A stretch of DNA of 64,000 nucleotides from Callorhinchus milii (lineage: Eukaryota): the NCBI RefSeq assembly GCF_018977255.1, contig NW_024704743.1, positions 57,786,001-57,850,000 on the forward strand, in the 5' to 3' direction. The notes beneath the pieces are model-generated. The model saw only the letters and a list, made by a program, of their open reading frames with translations. It searched no databases and was not told the origin of the DNA. The stretch's first letter is position 1, and each line of letters begins with the position of its first letter. Positions 12,401-25,519 of this stretch are shown here, piece by piece. Position numbers and translations under genes: made by a program.

Positions 12401-13471
12401 ATGAATTATCAGCAAAGGTTATCCTCCAGATGAATGATCACAATTGTATTCAGTAAGAATCTACTGGATTTGCACGTTATTTTTCACAGAGTTAACTGTC
12501 TCAAGGAAATGTCAGGCTGGGGAGGGGCTGGAGTCATGATAATCATCACTGAAAATTGCACTCAAGCCTTTTGTTAGAGACTGGTCTGCAGATGGGAACT
12601 CGAATCAGCACAGTGGTTTGGCCCAATGCATTGCCGGCCGCTGTTTTTCAAATGCAAGTTGGATAGATTTCTTTTAGAAAACAATATTTTGGGATAAGTA
12701 TATGAGTAATTGACAAGTGTAATATGCTTGGAAGAACTAGGCAACTTCGGATCTAAGGTTCCCAAAACTTTCTACTGTGTTGGTCGACTAATCCATATAG
12801 AATTAATTGCTATCAACATCTCCATTATTGTAGCATGCCACCACCAGGATGGTAGAACACAGAATAGATGTACCTTGTTTTTTTTTCTTCTAGCAATTCC
12901 TATGTTTTTACCATATTGCCACTTCCTAACCGATGATTATCACACGATTATCACATCGCATGTTCCATTTTTCACCATTTTGGGTCATTAGAAAACAAAA
13001 CCCGGCACAAATATTGTTAAAGTTAAGACTAACTGCTCAAACTGGATGGTGTGGAACAGATAATCACAGAATTGACAGCTTATAGAAGGAGGCAAATCAG
13101 TCCATCGAGCCATGCTGATCCATCGAAACCTCCAGCCAATCAATTAAAGCTAACTCTGTGGCCTATGACAGTATGAATTCCAGTCCTCTTAGGCAGAACA
13201 ACTAAAACAACAATAACTTGCATTTTATAGAACCCTTTGTGTAGGATAACATAGCGGAGCACTTCACAGTGACAGGAATGCCGAGCTTGGAGGAATGGGA
13301 AGGATTTTGGGGATTTGTAATATCTAATATTTTATGCTCTATACAGAGCTGCAATTTTTTAATCTCGCTCTGTTGGATACAATAGAAATTCACGATGTGC
13401 AAACGTGACAACATTTGTCATTAATTAAGGTCTTTGTACTTGAGACGTAATATTGTAAAAAAAAATTCTCT

Positions 13472-13862
13472 GTTATGTAGCTCAGTGGTTAGAGCGTTCA
13501 CCTCGCAAGTAAGAGACCTGGGTTCATTTCCCAACAGGGCGAAATGTTGGGCAAATTTCCTTACTTCACACACCTCTGTTTACCTAGCAGTAAGTAGGAA
13601 CCTGGTTGTTAGTCGATTGGCGGTTTGCTTTACTGGGGGTAATAATTCCTTCAAAAAAAATAATAAATTGGTCACTTCAGTCCCCACCTGTTTGTGGGAC
13701 ACTGCCACAATTGGATGTGCACATTTAGATGGCACATTTCACCCATAAAATATGTAGTCAAGTCACTTTGCAGTATATTCCATGACGAGCTTTGGGACGT
13801 CTTGAAGACGTGATAAGGCTCTATATCAAATGCTAGGATTATTATTATTATTATTATTATTA
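13472..13862 (+). mobile_element. tRNA-derived SINE, long subtype (family A)
   Basis: TGTAGCTCAGTGGTTAGAGC..GGTTCATTTCC, extra internal CTCTGTTTACCTAGCAGTAAGTAGG block, (ATT)n tail. Confidence 0.9.
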
Positions 13863-14956
13863 CATCCCGACTTCGGGAACTCTGCCTCGCCTCCTCTTGA
13901 TCCATCTTCAAATCCGACTTGAAAATCTATCTCTTTTACCATGCTTATGGTAACCTCCATAAATGGTAACAATGACATATCATTTTTGTTGAAGGGTTTA
14001 GAAGTGTGGAGTTTGGAAAAGTCTTATTGTAGAATACAGCTGAAAGTAAAAGGGCTCACCTCAGGATCATATGAAAAGGCAGTGTTCAGAGCATGTAGGA
14101 GTGGGGATTATATTAGGTAGCTAATGTGGAGGAAAACACAAGCACAGAATAACCTGCTTCACAGCTGTAACCTTCTATAATTCTACATTAAGAACACACA
14201 TCTAAGCCATTTACCAAAAAGATATTTCACTTAAGAATCCTGCAGACAACTCAAGAAATACTTTAAAGTTTCTGTAAATTGAAATAATTCTCAGCTGCAG
14301 GTTGAGCTGTTCTCCAGCAGGGATTTGATGAGTTTGTGTTCCAATAAAGTATAGTTAATTCTACTTCCTGAATGCATAGGGCTTCACAAACACTCCACTG
14401 ACATATGTTATTACATTTACGCACTGTGAATTTCTATTATGCCCAACAGAGCGAGACAGATAACGTGTTTTTTATAATCTTGCATTTGGTGATTTTACTT
14501 TCACCTAGATTCAGTAAGTTCTTATCCTCTTGCCAGCTTCCTGCTCAGATCACTGGTCACAAAACCCCTTCCACATTCGAATCGTACACACCAGGACGGA
14601 ATCCAGAATTTTCTCCCTATTGTAAGGCAATGTCGTGAATTCTCATGGCTCATGGAGATATTTTGTTTCGTTCTTAAAATCATCGATCACTTGCACTTCT
14701 TGAAGTCCTTTTGAGAAAAAAGTGGTGCCACAAAATAACTATTACAAATATTTATAGTGTTAATGATATTCAATATTATTAATTAAATATATTTATAATA
14801 TTTATAGTGCTGGGTTGCTCAAGTTTGTCCTACATGTTCCATTGTCTATATAATTAAGGAATAAATACAGTATCTTTCAAACTTGAGAGAAGTTTAAAGA
14901 AATCTTGCTCCATTACTTCAATGACAGTGTGGTCAGTCTAAAGCTCAAAAGAATAT

Positions 14957-15290
14957 TAATCCTTGCATTTGATATACTGTTACACATATAATGTCAAAAG
15001 ATCCCAAAGCACTTCACAAGGAGTTCTTATTAAGTGTAGTGGTTGTGTATTTCATAGCTAAATGTGGAGCCAATTTGTAATAAGAATTTGCACACTGATA
15101 GCAACCATGATGTGAATGACCAGTTTATCTGGAGGCTAGGACACAGGAAGAAATTCCCTTCTCATTTTGGATAGTGTTATGATATATTTGAAACCCAGGT
15201 AAGAAGGACAGAAGGGACCTTGATTTAGCATCTCACCTGGAGGACAGGATGTACAACAATGCAGCACTTTCTCCAGGATTACACTAAAGT
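14957..15290 (-). mobile_element. Older DeuSINE-like SINE (family D), degraded
   Basis: Matches the reverse complement of the 34259-35052 element (CCTTGATTTAGCATCTCACCTGGAGGAC..AATGCAGCAC) and carries the shared tail. Confidence 0.65.
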
Positions 15291-15424
15291 ATGGAGCCAC
15301 AACTAACTGAAGTCAAGATAACACTTGGATGAGTGAGACAGATAGTACCCCACCCAGAGGACAATAAGCTTCATATTAAATGAATAGAAGATCAATCACT
15401 ACTCTATGCTAAAGAAACTGTTCT

Positions 15425-15710
15425 CGGCCAAGCCAGCAGAGATGTAACAATTTGGTTACAATGCTCTAGGTTCCCGGCTCTGATCCCAGTGCCTCATGCT
15501 GGGAGATGTTTGTGTTTCAATGTTGGAACAGGACAGAGATTAACCCACTACAGTGCCACCCACAGTCAAGCAGCCTGCCGACACTTAATGTCAAGACTTG
15601 GACAGATGAATGGTGACTTGGTTGAGACACTAGACTGCAACTGGTGTCATAAAACTGTTCTTTAATAGAAGAAAACATGAGTTAAACACCATCAGAAGAG
15701 GGGAGAAAAG
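15425..15710. repeat. Unnamed ancient interspersed repeat 'family C'
   Basis: Motifs AGGACAG..CAGCCTGCCGACAC..GAATGG(T/C)(G/C)ACTTGG..GAGGGGAGAAAA. Related copies at ~42230-42405 and 47085-47420 (same orientation), and 37340-37465, 41500-41780 and 58335-58553 (opposite). Confidence 0.65.
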
Positions 15711-17635
15711 TTATGGAGGTGATCAGCAAGAAAAAAATAAGTGTAAGTAGAATGAATGAAATCATATAAGAATAATAATCCTACAATAACACTTGCATTT
15801 ATTATAGGACTATAAGCACTCTGGGATGCTACCCCGTGTAAAGGGCACTATATAATGCAACTTGTTTTTTGTAGCATTTGATATAGCGTCTTATCACGTG
15901 TCCAAGATATCTCAAAGCCCTTCACAGCACATATGGGCACTCATAAGCACGGCCAAGAGTTTCTGCATGTGTCAGACACTCGGCTGACAAAAAAACAAGG
16001 GAATACAATTGGGTCAGATTGAAACTGAGGAGTTAAAGAGCAGATTCAATCTGAAAGAGTGCCACATAGGGTCAATATCACCATCACATTAACAATACTG
16101 AAGTATATGTCAAAATGAGTGAGTTCTGTGCTGACCTACAGATAAAAGTGGACAACCTGCAGATGAAAATGGATGAGCTTTGCACTGAGATGGTGACAAA
16201 ACCTGATGAGTTAAGTACTCGGCTCCAGATGAGAATGGATGACCTGCAGATGAAAGCTGAGAAACTGGAAAGAAAACTGAAGGAATCGAAGTGGAAAGTG
16301 TAAGTAACTCGATTTAGACCAATCTAACAAAAGTGCAGCCAGGTTTTGCCGTTCAGGAAATGTGATTAACTTATTCACTCAGGAGAAGAGTGCAATGGTA
16401 GAGTCATGAATGAAACTGCAGGTCAGGTGCATAAAGAAAAAACAGTGTACGCTATACGTGGAAGCCATTAACTCAATCAGAAGTCAGGCTTTGAACTCGC
16501 AGAGATGGTTATGAACCCCTGGTTGGATGGATTGGATCTGGATGAAGATAATGATTCATCTGTAAAAAGAATATATATCTCATATTTGAGCTGAATAATA
16601 TATATTCTTTCTACAGATGAGTCTTTATCTTCATTTAAATGGAGTACAGGCTCTAGTTTGATCGCATGACTTTTCTAGCCTTCCTGACACTAACACTCAC
16701 AAATGGCATTTTTGATCCCATAGCAAGCATCCACTGTAATCATTTATTTTACTTAAAACTGCAGAAAGGGTGGTGCAGGGGGAGATTATTCAGCTGATCA
16801 TTCTCTGCAATGTTAGCTCTCCCACTGCAGATAATGTGGGAGAGCTAACACTGCTCTCTCTGTTTTTTTTACTTGTCTTGCCCTGCTCTGTTCCACATAC
16901 AGCAAATAGCCCCACTATTCCAGCTGTGTTGAAAGGTTATACCCCAAATATTAACCTTATTTGAATATTCATTCACACAATATGAATTTGTTTTTTTATT
17001 TCTAAATCATTTAATTCTCTCAACCTTTTAAAGTCTTGGTATTCTCAGTGTTTCAAAAATATATATATAAAGTTGCAAAACTTTCACTCAAATAAACAAT
17101 CTTAGCTCAGAAATACATTCTGTTCTGTCTTCTTAACTCCATTGTTTGCATTATAAAGTCACATTTGAATTTGGTAGCATAAAATAGCAGTAGATCTGAA
17201 TAATAGCAATTGTTTCTGATTTCTAGTCTTAACTTTCTGCCAGAGATAAGACAATTTGTTTGGTATTAGAAAATACACCGTTCCCACTTATCATTCCCAG
17301 ATGGGTAGTAACAAATGTCTCCCAGATACAAGCTACAGTACCATCCCATTATCCCAAGAGAAAGACAATGGGTCAAATGACTTCCTAATATTCCTATCCT
17401 TTTAATAAACAGACTCAATTTATATATTAGAATTCAGCCAACTGTGTAAAGCACTTTGAAACATGCAAGGTGCTATATAAATGTGAATTGCATTGTAGAG
17501 CCACGTCCATATAGCAATATCCAATCGCATATTTAAATAATAAGACATTTTGAAATGCTGCAGTACAAGTTGAAAGACACCAGGTGGAAGACTTTGTTTA
17601 AATGAGATAGTTGTAACAGGGAGGATGGCGAACCT

Positions 17636-17650
17636 GCCACAAGATGGCAG
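17636..17650 (+). promoter_or_regulatory. Candidate CTCF (or YY1-like) motif
   Basis: GCCACAAGATGGCAG. Motif match only. Confidence 0.3.
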
Positions 17651-19373
17651 AGTATACCAGGCTATTCGAAAAACAATCTAGAAATATGGCTGTTTTCTGC
17701 TACCCGGGATTTCAATCAGATAGTAAAAGCTAAAGTGCATAGTCTGTGATAATGTGCGCTACATGGCTAATCTGTGTCAGGAATTGCTCCTGGTGAGCTG
17801 GCTCTAGCACTGCTCAGAAGATGGTATCTATCAAATGAGAAACTCCAATGCAGTGTGTTACTAATCTTGGGTAAGTTTATATTTTTCTGTATTTATGTGT
17901 ACTTCAGAAGGATAATTCCTTCACACATTTTAACACAGAAATGCTATAAACTGCCTTGATCCTTTTAACCCTTTCTTGGATTATTTAATTTCAATATTTT
18001 TTCACCTCAGTGCTTTAATCCGTGCACCATCAATAGACTGGGGTCTAATTTATGGTACTTAATAGGAACTCCATTCCCAAATTATATTGTGTGGAAGCAG
18101 ATGTCCAATGGGATAACAAACCACAGTTCTGAATACTGGGAAAATACTCGATTTGTTCCACTCAGATTTCTTATTATAAAATCCTATTAGGAATCCTGCA
18201 AACTAGACCCTTTGGTAATATGTCAAGTAATTTCGTAGAAGCAAAAAGTTAATCTTGGTGAATTCAGAATAATTGCCAGGCTATCAGTAATAAACATTGT
18301 TTTAAGAAAGCACACAAGTACTGTATAAAATACAGAAGTTATTCGAAGGGCTGCTTATATAAAAGCAACCTTGCAGATCAATATCAATGAGAATTAGTAC
18401 TTTACCATTAACTAGTCACCCATGAATTCCATAATATCATACATGTGGAAATGTGGCTTTTCTACACAATTCTCTTGTTTCTGTGGGATATGCAAGTAAA
18501 TGTGAGAAATTGGATGAGTGTGTGTACACATGTGGAGATACAAGGACACATAAAGGGATTCCATGGAGATAACTCTGTGGGAAAGAATTGTCTTCTAACA
18601 CTGCTGGATCATGGGGAAAACAATTGAAACAGCTTGAGGATGGTTGGGGGGCACGTAATGACTTAGTCCACTGGGAGCAAAGACAATTGCCTTGACAAAG
18701 TGAGTACTAACTGTAATCAGCCTGAAATAATTCTGAATGCTAAGGGTGGCAGGTTGGGGGAAAATAATTTCAATAGAAACTAAAAGAGGGCATTAATAAT
18801 TTTCCATTAGTTTCAAAATCATACCTAATCTAGTCTTTTTTTGTGTCAATGACCTTTTGACTATTGGGGTCTAATTCACAGTGATTTCTAATCTCATAAA
18901 TACTCTAGCCAAGAGGAAGTGTTGTAGTTCGCACAACCCCTACAAATAAAAATAAAGTCAGTAATATAACAAAAGTCAATGTGATGGTTCTATTGTATTT
19001 TAGGCTTTATATGTTTTTCCTTCAAAATACAAAGTCATTGCACGTACAAGTAGTGAAGTGCTTTGAGGCATCCTCCCAATATGAAAGACACTATATCAAT
19101 TGCAAGGATTATTCCTATTAGAGGGTCCGCTATTATATGAATAATTAGTTTGTGATTCATAGATAAAATTAAAGATTGTGATGACATGTTTTGTTGCATT
19201 GTATTATTTACTTTCCTCCCAGACTCAGTTATATTCCAGGTTTAGTTTTGATTAGATTTTTTTACAACCAGTATTGGAAATGTCTGAAGATTTGGTTCCC
19301 AAACAAAGGCTCTTTCTTTCACTAGGAATTCCAGCAGCATTTGTCCAGCAAGGTTTGTTACTTCTCAACCACA

Positions 19374-19388
19374 CCACTAGATGGAGCA
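19374..19388 (+). promoter_or_regulatory. Candidate CTCF-binding motif
   Basis: CCACTAGATGGAGCA resembles the CTCF core CCACYAGRKGGCRS. Motif match only. Confidence 0.35.
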
Positions 19389-19759
19389 ACATGCATTGTT
19401 GATGAAATGTTGATGATCATGAAGGAATCTCTGCCAAAAACCATCCATGGCACAATATATCTTAATCCAAGAAGGATACCGTGTAGCAATAAGGGACCTA
19501 AAATTACTCGCTAACTTGGAAGTGGGAAATTATATAGTTTTGTTAAGTGATCATGGAGTCAATTAACAAATTCGAGGGGGAACTTCTTTCAGTAATTGGA
19601 AGTACACCAACCAAATCATTCCAGCTCAAGGGAAACTGGCTCCAAAGATGGATAGAGTTGGAATGGCATTCCTGTGAGCCCAAGTCATGGAATTCCAGAT
19701 GCACTTAATAAAGAAGGCCTTCGAAAAATACTGCAAAATTGATCCTGATGGTTGTTGAG

Positions 19760-20200
19760 AGTATAGAAGAGATTGGGGCACAGATTGGAGAAACTAGGAA
19801 ATGTTTTGATCAAACTAAGGAGGTTGAAGGGTGACCCATTATAAGTCTTTAAAATTATGAGAGGCTTTGATAAAGTAGATACAGAGAAATTATTAGGGCA
19901 TCAATTTGATAGTTAGCAAATAGGAAGGTTAGGAGAAATATTTTCATGCACAAAGTGGTTAACACAATGGAATGCCCTGCTGGGAGCAATGGTTAAGGTA
20001 GAATCCATATTCACTTTCAAAAGGGAACTAGACAAATATCTAAACAGGAGAAAACTACAACTGGTATGGTAAAAAGGGCAGGTAAATGGGACTGAAAGGA
20101 TTGTTCTTGAGGGAGCTGGCACAGACACAATGAGCTGAATGGCCTTCTTCTGTGCTATAAATTTCTATGGTTTTATGCTTCTAGAAGTGTTGTAAGAATT
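19760..20200 (+). mobile_element. CR1 LINE 3' fragment
   Basis: Degenerate RT end (RRLKGD..FKIMRGFDKVD..VVN.WNAL) and 3' end GCTGAATGGCCTTCTTCTGTGCTATAAATTTCTATG. Confidence 0.75.
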
Positions 20201-21974
20201 GTATTTGGTATTAATAGGCACCCATAACCATCTAATGTACATTTTATAAACCATGGTTGAGCAAGTGCTGATCTTCCTTTGAACGTCTTCACACAGAAGA
20301 CAGAATTCCAACTAAAGACTAGAGGCTCAAAAAGCAGTCATTTGCAATGGATTTACTGTTAGCAAGTCAGAGCCACTAATGGATGATAACATGCCTTCAG
20401 TCACAGCCAGTTCACAGGATCCTCATAATCTATTTCTGATGATTTGGAGCAGGAATCCTACAAGTTGCCCTTGTCGTACTGTCCTTGACTCAGTGCCTTG
20501 GGACGTCCTCCCTACATGAAAGGCGCTATTCAAATGAAATGTAATTTGTTGTTGTTGTTGCCAATTCCCTGTTAGCAATGCTAAGTGACTATTATTGAAT
20601 CCTGTTGTAATCCACTGCCTTTTTTACACTTTTTAGCAAGAGAGAGAGCTCTACGGACAGGCAGAGTTACCTTTGCTGCTGTTGTTCTGTGAGGACTATA
20701 ATGGATTCATACATTCTGCTAAGGATCGGCTCCAGAATGTCTTCTCTGCCCATCATAAGCATGGAGCTCAGATTTAAGCAGTGACGACCCTTCTGGTGCT
20801 AGATCTATTGTGATGCTGTACAGAAACAAACTCAGGCCACATCTCCATGAAGTTACAGAGGATTAACTATGACAAGATAAAGCAATCCTCATGCGGCCTA
20901 CTTTGAGCAATGACTTTGAGTTACACAGAGCCCAGAAGAAAGAAATAAGTTTCCTTTGAAGTCTGCCAAATAGTCGGCAGTTCTACACTTTGCACAATAC
21001 TGAGGTTGCCAACTGTGACAAGCTAGAGCTGAGCTTTCTTAATGATCCCAACTCTTTCAGCTATCGTTGCCACCTGTTTTCTCCAGGATAAAGATTACTG
21101 AGCTAGGAATTCTGACTGTTTCGAATTCAAGAGTCCTTCATACTTTTCCAAAAGAAAATAAGAATATATTATATGACAAAAAGTAATCTACGCCATTCAT
21201 GTCAGCCTATCAACCAGGCCATATGTTTTCTATTGCCTCTGAGATCCTTTATATAAATGCAATATCGCTGTCAGACACAAATGCATGGGTCTCTCCAATA
21301 CTTTATACAGTTTTGGGGTTATGCACCTCTCTCATTGACTTAAATTGAGAGAATAGGCCAATGCTACTTTCACTGTCTCAGAGGCATATTTTCTCAGAAT
21401 AAGATACATGGGATTACAGTACTCCAATATACTGTTGATTAACAAACAGCCAACATAGCTGGTTGGAAAGACTTAGGGGGGTAGAATTTTTTCCCATTCA
21501 GTTCCTGTTAGCTCAACAACCCTGATGGGTAGGATGGTCCTAGCTGGACAAGCAGTGTCAAGTTTGCTATGAAGATTTAACAAGTTAAACTAGTACTCTG
21601 GGATTCCCAGACCAAGGCTCTCCAACCATCACATAATACATTCCAGAATTAGGTAAACGGAGTGTGTCCTTCCAGAGAGAGAGTGCATTATTTCATTCCA
21701 AGGAAATTTCCATGTGCATACAGGTGTGGAACTCTCAATATGGTTTGGATAATGGGTTTCCGTGTGTGTCAGACATCCAGCTGACCAAAAAGCCTTCATA
21801 CTTCCTGCTCCCATGCCAACCTGGTAACCACTGGTTAATTTCAGATATTCTATTTCAAGCATCTCTGATTGTTTTTAAACATTATGAGCAGCAAAGGTTG
21901 TAGGGCATGTCATGGGAACTCAATCAGCCATAACGGTCTAAAGAGGTCTTCTACCATTTACCCTTTGGTTCATA

Positions 21975-22385
21975 TTATTTAGTTAATGTATTACCCAACT
22001 TACAACTTCCTCATTTATCGCAAGTTAGAATTATATCATGGGGCGACTTACCAAATTCTTTTGAAAATCAAGATGTATAACATCCATCACATTGCTACCA
22101 TCTGCTATTCCTAATAAATCCTTAAAGAATTCCATTAATATATTTGTTAGGCATGACTTACCTTTCATAAACTCATATTGGCTTAGAATTATTGCCTTAC
22201 TCTCATTTAATGTTTTGAATCGCTTCCTTTATGATAGACTCCAGTGTTTTTCCAGCTATAGATGTCAAGCTAACAAGTCTATAATTCCTAGACTAATGCT
22301 TCTGACCTTTTTAAAACATGGAACAACATCAGCTAGTTTCCAGTCTTCTGGCAGTACTCTTGTATTTAATGAGCTGTGAAAACTT
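21975..22385 (-). mobile_element. CR1 LINE RT fragment
   Basis: Reverse complement encodes a degenerate PEDWKLADVVPCFKK..NYRLVSLTS..SCLTN..DVIHLDF region. Confidence 0.75.
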
Positions 22386-25300
22386 TCAGTCATAGTTCCC
22401 CTACAACCACCCTCATTTTTAAAGATCGAACCTCACAATCAAACCTTTTAAATCAAACCGTCAGAAGCAATTATAACTACCTTGCAAGCCTGCTTGCAAT
22501 TTTTTTTCTACTTTTCTGCTTTCCGCTTTTTCATTTTTAAATGGTGAGAGTGTTGATTTCATTCCAAACATGGGAATTTCCATATGCTGGTGGGATGCAC
22601 AGATCTCTCATCTTAACCCACACTCTTACACAAGGTGATAAGATTTTCGCAATGTGTCAGATACCCAGCTGACCAAAACAAATAATAATAACAATCCTTA
22701 CATTTGATAAAGCGCCTTATCACGTCTTCAAGACGTCTCAAAGCGCTTTACAGAATATACTACCGAGTTATGTTTTGTGGTGAAACTCAGCAGTCAATTG
22801 CGCACAGCAGTGTTCCGCAATATACTGTATATTATTATTGATATCATTAAGTGATGAGATGATGTTGGCAGTGTCTTGGTGGATTTACTGATTCTGACAC
22901 CGTAAGAGAAATGAATTGGAATCATGCCGTATCATTATTAGCCCATGGTGCTAATAATGATCTGTTTTAGCTTCTGTGAATGATCATTCTGTTCCCTCGG
23001 GCAGTTCAGCCTCAGAACTATACCCTAAATACACAATTTCCACTCAGTAGCAAAACAACTGTTAGAACATCAGCCAAAATTGCAAATAAAAGACAAAGAG
23101 TTATCTGAAATATCCAAACTCTTTTAAAGTGGTAGTTCTTTGAAAGTGGTGCTAAAGCTGAGATTTCCTCTTTAACTATTCTTAAATAGATTCCATCTGC
23201 TCTCATGAATATTCAAGTGCTCCATTTTTTTTAATGACCGGTTAATTACTAATCTCTGAATGCACTCGCCTGCATTTCTTATCTCTCAAACTATCAAAAA
23301 CGACATACTAGCATTCTTCATAATTAAAGTTGCTGTTAAAAGATTAGCTAAAATACCTGCCATTTTCTAATAAAATGGTTGAACAGGCTCCACAGGGCGA
23401 ATTGCCTCCTCCTGTTCCTATGTTCCTAATCACTCTTTATTAATTTACATTCATTCAACATACTTTTCCTGAGAGTTTACCCGGGATTATGGTAAAACCC
23501 CACTCCACACACAAAACATTTTACAATTTTACTTCTTTCAGCCCACTTCAAAATATTACCATTTGTAGCACAATATTAGAAGACGCCAGGAAGCTTTTCT
23601 CTACAGGGTAATGAATGTCAGGAAACTGGTTGCTAGGAAGCCTGGAGAGGCCAGGACACTGGACTCATTTGAAAAACAGCTTAATGCTGTGATGGGAGGA
23701 CGGTAGTATGGGTGTTCTGGAAATATGAGAACTTCATCCAAATCAATCTTGTGATCTTTCGATTTGAAGTTGTGGTGTTTAATACATTCCTTGTTTAAAT
23801 AACTGGAGCTGCAACAGATTGTCCCTAACTAACAGTTGCTATGAGGTCCCATATCCCATATAATTTGGTTACTTCAATCCACGACTGTTTGTGGGACACC
23901 GACTGCTATGGGCAAATGGTTGCCATGTTTCGCCCACAAAATATACAGTCAATTCACTTTACAGTATGTACTGTGAAGCACTTTGAGACTTCTCTAAGTC
24001 GTGATAAGGTGCTATATCAAATGCAAATATTATTATTAAATATCGTGTGTTTAAATATACATTAGATGTTGCACTGGTCGGGTTCACAGAACTTCTTCCC
24101 TTTGGTCATGTCAAGGACTCTTTTTGTTGTTCTTTGTTGTTCAAGCACTCCGAGGTGCTACCTTGCGTGAAGGGTGCTATATAAATGCAAGTTGTTTTTG
24201 TTGGTGTTTTGGTCAGCCGGGTGTCTGACACAATTGGAAACCGATTACCCTGTTTAAGAATATCTAAACCAAATTGAAAATTCCACATATGCCACCTACA
24301 TGTGGAAATTCCCATATCTGAAATGGAATGAACATTTTCTCCCCAGAGGGATGCAAGCTGCTTACCTAATTCCAGAGGGTATTAGGCACAAATTGGCAAG
24401 AGCCAAGGCTTAGGGATACTAGAATGTGGATTGGGGTAAGCAGGAGTTTAACCAGTTAACACCAAGTCACTTACCATTGAAAGCACTTTCTTCCTCTTGT
24501 CCAGCTAGGACCACCCATGTTATGGCTTTGGTGTTCAGGGTTTGATCATATTGAGATGTTATCAAAGTCAGTGAGTGAGAGGTGGTGGCGTCTGGAGTTT
24601 ACCGTACGCATGCAGCTTTTCCAGAGACGAATCATGTATCTTAATGTCAGTTGTGTGGGATCCTTACTTTGTCTCTCCAATTCAGGGTTTCTCTTGTTGG
24701 TACAGCTTCTGAACCACTAACAAAGCTAAAAACAAATAAATTGACAACACCAAATCCCAAGCTTATCTCTTTTTCTCCAGACAGCTACTCACTTCCTCTC
24801 TGCTACTTTTCTGACATGAATGAAGTATTTTTAATCCACTTTATGTGCCCTGAGTATCAGGTGAATGTAGATAATGAATCTCAGACATATGTTGCACACA
24901 AGAGTAAAATATAGCTACCAGCAGGTTGCGAATGTGATCTTTAAAATTAAAATTCCCAAATTGACTTTGCATGCCACAAATTCTCCAATACTATGCTCCG
25001 AGTATAATAATACTTCTATTGGATACAGAACCTATATTGGAACTCGTTATAAAATATTTTTGTAGAGTGTAATGACTGTGTTTGGGAGCTCAGACTCCCA
25101 GCCAGTTAAATAATAAAAATCCTTTTCATATGAGGAAGACATCTCAAAGCATTTCACAGGAATTACAATGCAAATACAATTCAAATTTACATATTTATAG
25201 TGCCTTTTATGTCAGGAGGATATTCCAAGGCACTTGACAATCCTTCCTTGGGACTCGTGCTGAGGGTTGGAGCTGAGAAGGGTGGGAGGGAAAAGATGAC

Positions 25301-25519
25301 TGAATGTGCGGTCAAAGATGAGGGAACAGCCAGGTTGGTTTTGAAGAGATTTCAGAGGTAGGTTAGTTTACGACTGTGGAGGGATTTGAAGGTAAGGATG
25401 TGAGTCTTGAACTCAATCCTATGGGGGATGGGGATCCAATAGAGCCAGGCAATGGGGACGATAGGCTCACGGAGCCTAGGGTGAGAAGATAGTGTGAGAA
25501 AGTACTTAGTGGGATTCAA

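Noticed and set aside
17774..17959. ORF or exon with a GTAAGT donor near 17870
   Set aside because: No homology or clear acceptor. A lncRNA exon cannot be supported from sequence alone.
20637..20780. Possible coding exon after a ttttag acceptor (QERELYGQAELPLLLLFCEDY..)
   Set aside because: No recognisable homology, an early stop and no partner exons.
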